From positions 55,065-119,064 of the forward strand of contig FLMG01002493.1 in the NCBI GenBank assembly GCA_900088475.1: a DNA stretch of 64,000 nt. The letters are read 5' to 3'. A program made the translations under genes and the position numbers. Position 1 is the first letter of the stretch, and each line of letters starts with the position of its first letter. This DNA is from Hyphochytrium catenoides. Its lineage: Eukaryota > Protista > Hyphochytriomycota. Shown here in pieces: positions 1-11,247 of the stretch. Under the pieces are notes generated by a model that saw only the letters and a program-made list of their open reading frames with translations, was not told the origin of the DNA and searched no databases.

Positions 1-971
1 GGCTCCTGCGGGTTCAGGTGGCATCGCAGCCCGCAGACTTTGTGCTGGAACCCCAGAAGTGGCTTGCAACTGGGCTTGGGAGGTAGCTGTCCCTGTCCTA
101 TCCTCACTGAACTGGAGATTGTTTGCCCGCTGCTGTTGTGTCTCATCTTTGTCGGCCATGGCAGATGACGGTGTAGGAAGCTCCTTATCTCTTGGGGAGG
201 ATATAGGCGGGGTAGAGTCTTCATCCTGTACGACACTGGGACCCTTTACCATTTTCTTAGGCTTTGCCATGGGCGGCCGGACATTTGATGGCTGCGAAAG
301 AGACATGCGTGGCTCGGTCTGCTTCTCTGGTGATGCAAGACTTCCATCTTCTCCGGCTCCATCGCCTGGCCCCTGTGTCTCAGACGCTCTGGGCTGAGAC
401 GATCCCGACAGGGATTGTTGAAGAGCTTCAACCTGACTGTTGAGCTCTCGTTGCTTGGTGTAGAGTTCCTTAATAGCCTTCTTGTCATTCTTATCTGGCT
501 CGCGACCTTCTCGGACCGTAAACTCCTAAATCAGGCAAGATAGTGATAATGTGAGAGTCATTGGTCTGGAGGAGACAGAGATACTGCGCAAAGAGAACCC
601 ACACACAGTCCATCAACTATATCAGTGTAGAAAGAAGGGAGTTGGGACTTAAGAGACGACGTCTTGAAGGAGCAATGCAGCGCTCTCAAACATCCAGAAG
701 AAGAATGTCAAGAATATTAGGTAGAACAGTGACTCATACCGCTATCCAATCTTTGATCTCGGCACGAATGCGGTTCCTCTCTCTCTTGATCTCGTCAATC
801 TTTGCTTTGACGGCGAATGGACTGATAGAGCACGAGCAGGACCCACAAGGAAGAGAGGAAGATTTGAGAATCATGAGCATACAGGCGTGTTCTTCTTACT
901 CTGGAGGAGGTGACCTGCGTGCTCTCAGATTACCTTTCATCAGGAGTTCCGATTGTCCCTTTCTCTGCCAT
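1..971 (-). CDS. Hypothetical protein, 5' part only (runs off window start); N-terminal helical motif resembling FAM13/Sld2-type 'IKxWxxxFxxxxGRxPxxxDK', then a low-complexity P/S/Q region
   Basis: Exons 971-934, 821-740 and 525-1 are joined by GT-AG introns in frame, giving MAEKGTIGTPDESPFAVKAKIDEIKRERNRIRAEIKDWIAEFTVREGREPDKNDKKAIKELY..., open to position 1. Confidence 0.65.
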
Positions 972-1449
972 CGTTGATGCAATGGATGCCTCTTAGCATA
1001 GGATAGCTCCTGAATGAAGCAAAGGTTCAGTAGGAAGGTTCATTGCCTCGTTTCATAAGTAGCTCGTAAGCCAGCCGCTCGATCATTCAGCTGGCACCAG
1101 CCCGCTTCTCATCATTCGCGCCCTTCTCACGGAGCATCTCCTCATCCGCTCGCCCTGTATCCTCCCTCTAGTCAATCATCTCTGCCTCCGGATAGACTTC
1201 CAACGTGTGAGCTCTCTTCCTTCTGATGCCTTCTAGGAACTCTGGTCCGCTCCTCACCCTCTCAACCGCCATCCATCATCGATCATCCGCCTGGCTGTCC
1301 CTGCGACAAGCCGCCTCCTTCTGCTACAGGTAGTCCCGCTAAGAAGCCGATCTGACGGTTCGCTAGTTCCTTTGAAAGGTTTCCGAAACCTTGAAGCTGT
1401 CTATTATTACTTTTGAAACCTTGATTCCTTCCATAACTGAAACTTTATT

Positions 1450-2830
1450 AGTTTCCATCTGTTACCTTCCTCTGTCTTCTGACGCCGCTTCTGCGCTCCC
1501 ATCTTCTTGGTGTCTCCAATGGCAGCAACAACAGCAGCATTCTGAAGGTTGCTTCTTATTACCGGCCATAGAGATTGTATGGAGTCTGTTGCTGCATGGA
1601 GCTAACAAGAGCAATGATCTCCCAGTCGTCTGAGATCTCTGTCCTCGCCTTAGCAACCTGTTCATGTCACCTAGCTGTTCCAGCCTATAATATGGCTCGA
1701 GATAGGTTCTTGTTAAGGTCAAGGGGGCGTCAGAGTGGTACGGACGGCATCATCAAGGTCAAAGTGGGCGCCTAGAGAGGTACTGACGGTGATCAGGAGA
1801 AGGATGGGCAGAGCACTTTTCAGCTGACGTCGTGTCGCACTGATTACGGCCCATGCCTGCCGCTAAGTGATAGTGGTGACGCTTCTTGGTATCACGCTAC
1901 CAGAACAATGGTCGGTCGGCAAAGGATGCCGTACATGGGCACCGATTGCTCCTCTTCATTGGTCTCTGGATTTACTTGACATACTAGCGAGAGGGCGAAG
2001 ACTTGTGGGATCAAGATTGAGTAGCCCACTCTGGACCAACAACAATTATGCTCAAGATACCGCGAAGAAGTCATTCTATACCAGCGAGCACCCCATCAGT
2101 ATCTTAACTTATCTAGGGCCCATCAAAAATCAGTACATGATGGCATACAGCAGCAGGCGTGACCTCTTTTGAAGCCTCCTTGCATTACTGAGGGCAGCGC
2201 GTCATTTTGTGGCAAAAGGGTCGTCATCTTTGTAGCTAAGTAGTATTTTTAACGTCGTCGTCCGTATACCTCTTGCCATGGGTTCTTGCTGAGGTCAACT
2301 GTGTGGCATTCCCTTGTATCAATAAGTTGTCCAGCTGCTAATAAGGTGACCGATCTGCGTCCTCTGGCACCTACTTCTTACTTAACGTTAGGACCCATAT
2401 CTTCTCCTCCTCTCCAAGAACCTTTTCTCCTTGCAGCTTCGACTTCAGTGATCTATCCTCAGACTACGCTTCCACTAGTTGTTTTCCGCGGGCAATGCAG
2501 CGTATAAAATCCAGTGAACTTATTATTAGAGGCCTTTGACGCTGCCCTTCCTTCTCGGTCCGATGCTCTTACTTCCGGTTTCCTTCCTTGGTCCAAAGCG
2601 CTCCCAGCAAAGGCTGGAATCAGCGCCATTCTGGTGGGACGTCTTCCCTTCTGCCAGGGACAGTCAGATATTTTTCTGGGTGCGCAGGCGTCTCTTGGGC
2701 CCCAGACTCAGCCAGCCTCATACTAAGAATCCTCTCGATGATGCATCTTCAGAGCTCCAGAGATGCTTCTGACAACGTCACAGAGTCTCAAGGACAGATG
2801 GTGTTGCAACAATCTAGGCCTCTATTTTAG
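1450..2830 (-). pseudogene. Decayed coding relic (pseudogene or degraded transposon), family unassigned
   Basis: A protein-like minus-strand frame is broken by isolated TAG stops (ARGKQLVEA*SEDRSLKSKLQGEKVLGEEEKIWVLTLSKK*VPEDADRSPY*QLDNLL). No intact gene model; boundaries approximate. Confidence 0.3.
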
Positions 2831-3067
2831 GTACGATGTCCGTAAATCTGGGCCACTAAAGGAGTAATGTGTATGAGTACGTTGTATGGGGTTCGTATCA
2901 GCAAGCGATGGGTAGGGCGAGAATCCTTTTTTCAGTTTCTTCTTTCTGCTGGAGGTCTGAAACCCCATAGTTATAACAGGCCCCCTTTAAATAAACGCGA
3001 AATCACCTTCCAAAAGTAGTTGTAAGCCTCCGAAACTATCAGAGTTCGCCATAACTTTAAAAACGGG

Positions 3068-3071
<4 letters not shown>

Positions 3072-3124
<53 letters not shown>

Positions 3125-3165
3125 GTCTCTCTCTCTCTGTCTCTCTCTCTCTTTCTCTTTCTCTT

Positions 3166-3201
<36 letters not shown>

Positions 3202-3320
3202 TTTCTCCTTCTCTCTCTCTTTCTCTCTCTCTTTCCCTCTCTCTTTCTCTCTCTCTTTCTCCCTCTCCCTCTCTCTGTCTTGTTCTCCCTTTCTCCCTCT
3301 CATTCTCTCTTTCTTTCTCC
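3072..3320. repeat. (CT)n microsatellite / pyrimidine tract upstream of MMAB
   Basis: Directly visible perfect, then imperfect, CT repeat. Confidence 0.95.
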
Positions 3321-3760
3321 TTGCACTATGCTCTTTCTCACCTAATCCTCCACTCTCCCCTTTCCCTGATGTCTCCTTGCTTCCTGCCTCGCGCCTTCCT
3401 CGCTTCTGATTCGTTTGTTCGTCGCCTGAGGTGACCTGACAGACAAGAAGCAGGTAAAGGCTTTAGAAGAGCGGCGAGGAAGAACAGTCATCAAGTTGCT
3501 GATGCGCGCAAGAGGAGCGCCAAAGGAAGCGGGGGCGCGCTTCTGAGAGTGGTAGCTGCTTATGGCCCTCGTACTGCGCCGGTTGTCTGTACTTCAACCA
3601 GTGATACTCAGATCCCTCGCAGGTCTTCCTCGGCCTATTGTTGGCACCGTCACGACCAAGTATGGAATGGCTTTCCTGCCTCTCCGTTTCTCAATGACCT
3701 ACTCTCGTCCTCTGCTGAGCTCTCTCTGACCGTCGTGCATGGTGTCTCTCTCTGTCCGTT

Positions 3761-4853
3761 ATGAACCCTTATCGAGGGCTTTACGACGCCGACGGACGAA
3801 GGTCTTAGTTCGGCAAACTCTTCTCATGCCGTGGCTCATAAAAGCGTTATGCTGCTTCTTGGTCGTAGGAGGATGAAGGTGTACACCAAAACTGGGGATA
3901 AAGGCACATCCCAACTCTATTCCGGAGAGAGGAGGAGGAAAGATGACAAGGTAAGGCTCCTTCTCACGCAGGCAGCCACGGTGCTACATTGGAACAGCTC
4001 TAGGACTTTTGAAACGTTGAGCCTATGAGACACAAGCTTGATGTCCACTAGCGTTGATTGCCAGCTGATTATCTATACTATTAAGGTTTTCAAAGCGCTA
4101 GGCGACACAGACGAGCTCAACGCCGCTATGGGCGTCGCTCGCGAGCATCTGACCTTCCAGGAGGGGAAGCTAGGAGAGAGACTTGAGATCATTCAATCAC
4201 TTCTCTTTGACGTCGGGTAAGGCTCCACGATAAGAAGCGGTGACTTTAACAGAAAAGCAGTAAAGATGCAGGCTAAGGGACAGCAATTTATGCCTTGCGT
4301 GGCACAGGTCATGCATTGCTACCCCTCATAGCTCCGCATCTGAGCGGAAGCTGAACCGCGTGGCTTTCCACCCGGCAAATGTGACTGATCTTGAGCAGTG
4401 GATTGACGAAATGGAGACAGAACTCCCGAGGCTTGTGAACTTTATCCTTCCGGTACCTATGTAACTCTCGTTTACACGGCAGTCTCCTCTGTATCCTTAC
4501 CAGAGCTTGCTCATAGTCGGGTGGACTCTGCAGTGCTCACCTTCACTTGGCGCGCACAATTTGTCGGAGGGCAGAGAGACGAGTAATAGGATTGATAGAG
4601 GACAATGAGGTAGATCGAGTTGTGGGGATGTATCTGAACAGGTAAGTCATGGGTGCAGAGGAAGCATGTCCGCGATATGCTCCTTCTGATTCCTTTTATC
4701 CTCTCCTACAGGCTTAGCGACTTCCTCTTTGTCGCTGCTCGCTATGCAGCGATGAAATCTGGGAACACAGAAAAGATATGGAGAAAGACAGCGAGGAAAG
4801 AGGAAGGGTGCGTAGACAGTAAGGACGAGAATACAAAGAATGACAAAGAATGA
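3761..4853 (+). CDS. MMAB: ATP:cob(I)alamin adenosyltransferase, PduO/MMAB type
   Basis: Spliced motifs MKVYTKTGDKGTSQLYSGERR, FKALGDTDELNA, IQSLLFDVG, NFILP, HLARTICRRAERR, YLNRLSDFLFVAARY; stop TGA at 4851-4853. Start uncertain (3667, 3761 or 3873). Confidence 0.95.
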
Positions 4854-5124
4854 AGGGTGCGGTGAAAGGACCTAGTCCTCCTTTAAAGAAGAATAAGAAC
4901 TGATGATGTTTGGCTGGACCAATTTTCGTAGTTACATTGAGTGTGCTAACAAACCACATCACGTCTTGACCCTAAGTTAAAATGGCCTTGGTCACTGCAA
5001 ATGTATAGAGTGCACGTGAAAGAGTTAATAGTCCGTCTGAGAGGTAGAGCACATAGAGGGGATGGGTAGGGCGGTAGATACTAGTACGACAAGAGCTGGC
5101 AGCTTGAACCAGTGGGCCAAAGAG

Positions 5125-7204
5125 CTAGAGCTCGCCGATCACAACGCATGGGGCGTGCTGCAGGTTACCTAATGGCTCCAAGTTCGGGGCCTGAGTGCCG
5201 TATAGCCGCTTGATAACTTCACTAGCATGATTGATGAGGCGGGAGTTCAACCCATCCTCGTCATCGGTGGCCCTTTTGTCCTTCATTCTCTCTTCCTCGA
5301 TCGCTCGTCCAGTCTGAAGTTTAACAAGGGTGAAGTTGCAACCAGTCGGAAAAGGGTTAAGTGGTATATTCTGTGGCAATGTTTGTGGGCGAGAGCAGCG
5401 AGTCAGAGACAGGCACTGACCATTAGCAAGCCAAAAGCTGCTCTCAAGCTTTCTGGGTTGTTGGACAGCGCTGCGGCAAAGTGTTTTCTTGCATTTTTCA
5501 AGTGCTCAAGGCTGCCAAGACTATAGTACACCTGAGGGTTGCCGTGTTAGACCAAGAAGTAGGATCCATGTCCTGCCACCACGGGCACAAAGGACAGACT
5601 TGGTGTTTGGCCCTATCAGAAGGACTTCTCAGACCCTCACCTCTCCAAGCTCAATATGCGTATAAGGGTCGAGGGGATTTGCCATGACAAGCTCCTCCAA
5701 ACAGAAAGCGGCAGAGCGATAATTTCCCATGGAAATATGGATTGCAGACAGCTCCTGCCACTGCAACGACGACTTGTTAGCGGCGTTCCCAACCACATGT
5801 AAATCGGGCAGGTTCAGTGGAAGGGTACGCAGACGACAGAAAGGACCTATGGTGAGCGCTAGGGTGGAAGTCTAGAAGAGGGGACGACATCAAGGCCGGA
5901 GATCTAGGCCACAAGCGCACTACTGTTGCTCGACTCACCAATTGCGTATCGTTTGGAAACTGCTGCAGCGTCAGGTTGAGTAGTTTGATTGCGTCCAACT
6001 GCTTTCCCTGCGCTTCCAGTAGTGACACTTGGCGCTTCCTTACGAGCTGAGGCGTAGCGGAAATGGAAAGGAAGTGACATGGGCACAGACGATGAGGACC
6101 AATTCAGGACAGAGAGTTCGTCAGAAAATGACACTTCTCGCTTACCACGTTGAGCGGGTGTTCTCGCAGTATATCAGAGTAAATCTTCTCTGCTTCTGTG
6201 TACTTGCCTAAGAATTCCTGACTTTATGGTTAGCCCACTGAGATTCTTACACATCCGTCGAAGAGTGGCCCTTGTGATGGGGTATGGCTTTTAGCTTATG
6301 ATACTCTAACGTGACAAGCCCCGTCGTACTATTCTCTCTTCCCTCTTTCATTTCCGGCCTCAAAGCTCCCAGCACTGCAAGGCCCCTCCACACCAGCGAA
6401 TGCCTAATCTCACTCTTCACTTTGTCCACCCTAATGGTTCAGCCTTGCACCTCGCTAGCCATACCCGAGCTGTTTTACCTGCTTCATTCCGGACAACCTT
6501 GCTACGCGTATGCTTTTTGGAAACTTGGTAGTAAGCGCCTTCTCGGGTTAAGAATCATGAGCTTCTCCTTGACGATCAAGGACCATGTAAAAGAAACATT
6601 ACCTGTAGACTTCGCTGTAATTAAGGAGAGATGGTCAGGCTTTCAGTGAGATAGGCGTAGCTCAAGACAGTCGGGGACAGCACTGATAAGTATAGAAGTG
6701 GAGGAAGGGACTTGAGCGGACAATTTCAAGAAGGGGAGCAGGATAGATTACTACGGACTAAAACAGAAGGATCCAAAGGACAGAACGAGACACAGACAGA
6801 GAGTATATAGGAGAGGTCGCGCAGCAACGCTTACGTCTGCCAGCTTGAGATCGCCGACGTCGAGGGCGGCAATGAAAACCTGTTCGTGAATATTCCATAC
6901 TACATACGAAAGGATTAGCACTGCAACGATGTGTCGCGACCCAGAAACTCAGCACAACGCACCATCGTCGCCCAGGCGCCTTTGATAGTTGTCCAATAAG
7001 ACTTTTCCATACTTCGCCACCAGATCAGAGCGCCTAACCTGGAAGACAAGAGGTCATGATTCTGCGCTGCCGCTAAGTGTTAAGCTTTGACGACACCTTT
7101 TCTTTCCGAACATAAGCTAGAAGCTCCCATAGAGGGGTGAAAGCGATCTTGCCCCCAACTTCTACAGCAGCAACCAGCTCCTCGAGGCTCGTCGTGTTGG
7201 CCAT
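5125..7204 (-). CDS. EMC2: ER membrane protein complex subunit 2 (TTC35, TPR protein)
   Basis: Spliced product contains VWNIHEQVFIAALD, KFPKSIRVARLSGM, VRKRQVSLLEAQGK, WQELSAIH...AAFCLEEL and ARKHFAAAL. Includes a 12-nt micro-exon at 6603-6614. Exact 3' end less certain. Confidence 0.9.
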
Positions 7205-7485
7205 TGAGAACTAGATTCTTTAAGAACAGCAACAAGAGCGTGAAGTGGCGCTTCCCTACGATCAGATACTGGGACTTTGCCCCAGTGTTAACTGAATATC
7301 CTGTGCTAGACTAGCCTTCGTACTTTTGAAGCTGTTGGAAGTGAAGCTTCATGACTGACGGTGCTTCTCTGACTTTGAGATGGACACGATGATGACACGT
7401 CTGAGGCCTCCTTGCAGCTCTCCTTGCCTTACTGACACTTGGATTTGGGTATCATACCGAATCTAGACCCTCCCAGCCGAATGTA

Positions 7486-7834
7486 ATGTTTGACTCTCTT
7501 CTCGGCACTTTCGCTATGCATGACGGTAATGGTCGTAGCCGAGAATAGTCCGAGGCATACTGATCGAGTTTTTGATGGAAAAGCAGGAGCCCTATCAGGC
7601 CATCGGCATCGAAGATCCTCACTTTATACGCTTGCCACAGAAGGCGTGCTTCCGTTCCTTCACCCTTCTCCTCTTCAGCATGACAAATATTAAAAAGAGA
7701 GACGTCTTACGTATGAAGTCCGCACAGTGGATTGCTCTCCTCGAGGAGGTCATTCAGAGACTGGCATGTCGTTGGAAGCGCTTGGAAGATTGATGACAGA
7801 AGACCAAGCAGACGAGGCTATGATGTCAGCATGA
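7486..7834 (+). CDS. Possible small hypothetical protein (~67 aa, 3 exons)
   Basis: Exons 7486-7525, 7587-7643 and 7728-7834 join in frame through two phase-1 introns (the second is GC-AG). No recognisable domain. Confidence 0.25.
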
Positions 7835-8245
7835 TACCACAGGGGGACTAATATGCTAAGGGCGCAGGCGACCCTCAAGACGTAACATTGCATAATCTCA
7901 TATACGTGACAGGTTTCGGTTTGAATCACCAGGGTCAATCCATGTTGAGGCACCTTTTTCCTTGCAGCGTGGTTTGACGACTTTAGAGACATATGGAGCC
8001 TGTTTCTACCCCCATTATCTTCGCTCCACCGCCAGAGGGCAGAAGCTACGTAGCTCGATGTACCTCTCTTCACTGACTCTCTTGACAGACGGGTCTTCAA
8101 GTTCGCGGCAAGCGGCGGGGCTGACGTTTCCTGGTCTTCGCATAGTCGTAATCAGTCCAAACATCAAAGGAGCGGTTAAGAGAGAGACCCTATCGCGCCG
8201 AAGCACTTTGCTTGAGCCCCTATGAAGTCCCATAGAGTGAGCTTT

Positions 8246-10294
8246 TTATTTGCCCAAGGCTAGACCTGGCAGCATAAACTGTGCCCTATTGACCACATAA
8301 AGGCCTCCAGATTCACAGACTCCCATAACCACATCGTCTGTTGCGTGGGATCCCGAATCCACGCTAAGCACATCAATGCCAGTCCAGCTAGATAGGAAAG
8401 GGACCAAAATGACAGCGAGAGCACAAGGACGGAAAACGACAGAGTTAGAAGGACGCGGCAGGCGAACTATACTTCTTCCCAATATGATTGGCTATCAACA
8501 GAAATCCGGTTCTGACGAACGAAGTGACACAGGCACAGTGTAAAGAATCTACTTCTCACCTAGAGTCGCTTCTAAAGCCAAGGCGGTGGTTCTGCTGCAA
8601 GAGACTCTGTGACGGCTTGCCACTGTCTCTTTCTCCTCCCTCTGAGGGCTGTCCGGCCCTTGTTAGAGAAGCGCCACCTTTAAACCGTCCACACATAAGC
8701 TCATTGTCTAAGCCAGCAGCATAGCAAACGTTTTCATGGGAGGGAGAGGCCAGCAGCGCGACACAGTCATACTTCAACGGACATTTCCACCTATCGGGAG
8801 AAGTGTGTTAGGGCCTCGTGAACAGACATGATCGTCAAGAACGAGATACCGCCATTCAGCCCGCTAGGATGATATAGAAGAAACCATGGCCTTCAAGTGC
8901 ATAAGGAAGTTACCTGTTTCGCACCCGCCAGGTTCTTGAGTCATAAACGTACACAACCCGATCTTGACCAGCGCAGATAATACTGTCACCAGCACAGGAC
9001 GCCATTGCATAAAGACATGAGTTACGTGAGGGAGACGTCCTAGCGATACAACCGCCTTTCTCCCTGGCCCGCGCGTCCCATACAGATAACTGCAGCGCAA
9101 GTTTAGCAAGAAACATACGCAAAAGTGATAAGGGGGTAAGACGTTCAAAGCAACTGCGACCGGAAGGTAAGTAAGAGGAGTTAGATGTCCGCCTACCTGA
9201 CTGTACTCGGTCACTGCCACAAGTGGCTCGCGCATGCGTGATGACTCCACATACTGCACTTGAGTGGGCGTCTGAATAAGGTCAATGGACCGGACGATTG
9301 CTCCCGTATCCAAGCTGTGGAGAAAAAGCCTCCTAGCAAACAGTTGACAGGAAGCCATCTGGGAATATCCTTAAGAAGATCTTCCATTACAGCGCTAGGA
9401 TAGTGAGACAACTTTACCTGAGAAAGGGTTGTCGGACAAAAGGACAGACCTGCCCAGCCTTGGTCGGCTGCGAGATGGCATTCGATGGTTGATGTCCGCG
9501 TTTTAACGGCCTTTGGAGTAAGCCTCGGCTTCTTGGTGGGCTGTGCTGTCTCCACGTTTTCGTGATCTGTTGCCTTGCCATTTGGTCTGTTCTCTACGAC
9601 TGAAGCCTCCCAGTTGGCCCCGAGGTGGTTCAGTAGAATCTGGCCTCTGGCGTCAATGGAAGCGAGGACTAAAAGCACACCAGTTGTTACTAATGACTTT
9701 GGCCAGGATAATGATGAACCGAGATGAGCTGATGCTTGATACCTAGGGATCCATCCTCTTCCCGTTTAGATATGACGGACTGCAGCATATCACACGTCGT
9801 CAGAAGTATAGCGGAAACCGATTGCCAGGATCTCGACAGTGTTGATACCTGAATCTCGTACTTGTGAGACGTGCCCGAGGCAATGGCCCTCGTTGTCAGA
9901 CTATCGAACTCTAGGATAGTACTTATCCCCAAACCCTGCGTCCCAGCCTTGATGTCGCCAGCGTCCTCAGCCAACGACCACTAGGGCATCCAAAACAGAG
10001 CTGTTAGCGAGAATATAAGTATCTGGCGTGAGACCTTCCTACCATAGATAAGTATAGTTCATGTTGATTTGCCAAAACACATTTGTCAAGACCTAGCGCT
10101 GACAACCTAGTGGGTTGAAGAGATCCAGCGCTGATGGTGTCACAGACCATAGAGCCTGCCAAGACTCCGCGATGGAGGTACGCGAGGTCTGGTATATGGT
10201 GGTAAGCATCACCCTTGCTGGAGTAGCAATCTTACAGACTCTCACCCACCTTGGACTTGCTGAGCAAATCTCTGGCCGTTCTTGATACGCTCAT
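8246..10294 (-). CDS. Uncharacterised WD40/beta-propeller-like protein
   Basis: Multi-exon product with LASIDARG, GWAGLSFCP, LVAVTEYSQLSVWDAR, CAGQDRVVYVYDSRTW, WKCPLKYD, YAAGLDNE and GFRSDSRWTG; ATG at 10294. Confidence 0.75.
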
Positions 10295-10723
10295 AAGCCG
10301 ATTTGCCCTTCCGTGCGCGCCCACCGCTGCTACTATTGCCGAAAGAGCTCATCTTCAAGAGGGATGCCCTGGCTGACAAATCCCTAGCAGCTCTTCACCC
10401 TCTGGCTCTCTACCCCTCAGTTGTCACGTCATGGTCGTAGCATCACTTATATCTCAGACTCTATCCCCATGCCCTCCTGACGACAAATCGGAGGCCTTAT
10501 TATGTTTGTCTTGCCGCACCGAGCAACGCCAAAGAGCTCGGGACCTTCAACGAGGCCAACGGTTCTGTCATCAGAACTCCTTGTACCACGTCGCTCTCCT
10601 CCACCAAACACTAACATCATAAAGGGGAAACGCCTTTGAAGCCATCATCCTGCATTGGTCATCACCCATAGAGGGTTACCTGGGTTACTAAGGTTATGAT
10701 TAAACAATTATAGATTCTAGGGA

Positions 10724-10789
10724 CCATTCTCCGTCGGGTCACATGAGTACTGTGACCCACTCTTCGTCGGGTCACATGGTTACTGTTCA
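10724..10789. repeat. Imperfect 33-bp tandem duplication containing a perfect 8-bp hairpin (gggtcaca-N7-tgtgaccc)
   Basis: ccattctccgtcgggtcacatgagtactgtgac / ccactcttcgtcgggtcacatggttactgttca. Confidence 0.8.
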
Positions 10790-11247
10790 ATGCGCTGCTG
10801 AAGAGCTTGGTTGGGACATTGAGCTTTGTGTTGCTACAGATGTAGATCTATTCTTCTCTCAAAGGTCCAATGTCAGCAAAAAGCCATAGAAGGACCTTGG
10901 AAGGACATAGATCCAGAATGGAGGATTGTAAAGGAAGCAGAGGTGATAGCATGCAGGTGATTATAAAGTTCTTTTTTCCCAAGGAACAATGGAGCAGGAG
11001 GAACAACATCTACCAAGGTCTGTTGGATGAGACAACGTCATCGGATATTTTATAGAGGGGCAGTCCACCGAGTCAAAGAGAAAAGAAGTGGTGGACCTGT
11101 GGTCGAAGGCTCCCATAAAAGAAAGACTAATATAATAGGGCTACACCAGGATATCATCATTATTAGGCCAATGACCGTATCATCATCGTTGGAAGTGTAC
11201 AACCAAGGCTTTCTCATAGCAAACAGGCATAAGGGAACTTAATAAAA

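Noticed and set aside
2971-3303. 110-aa ER-rich ORF
   Set aside because: It is the translation of the CT microsatellite.
10672-10696. Interstitial telomere
   Set aside because: Only two or three degenerate GGGTTA words with non-telomeric spacing.
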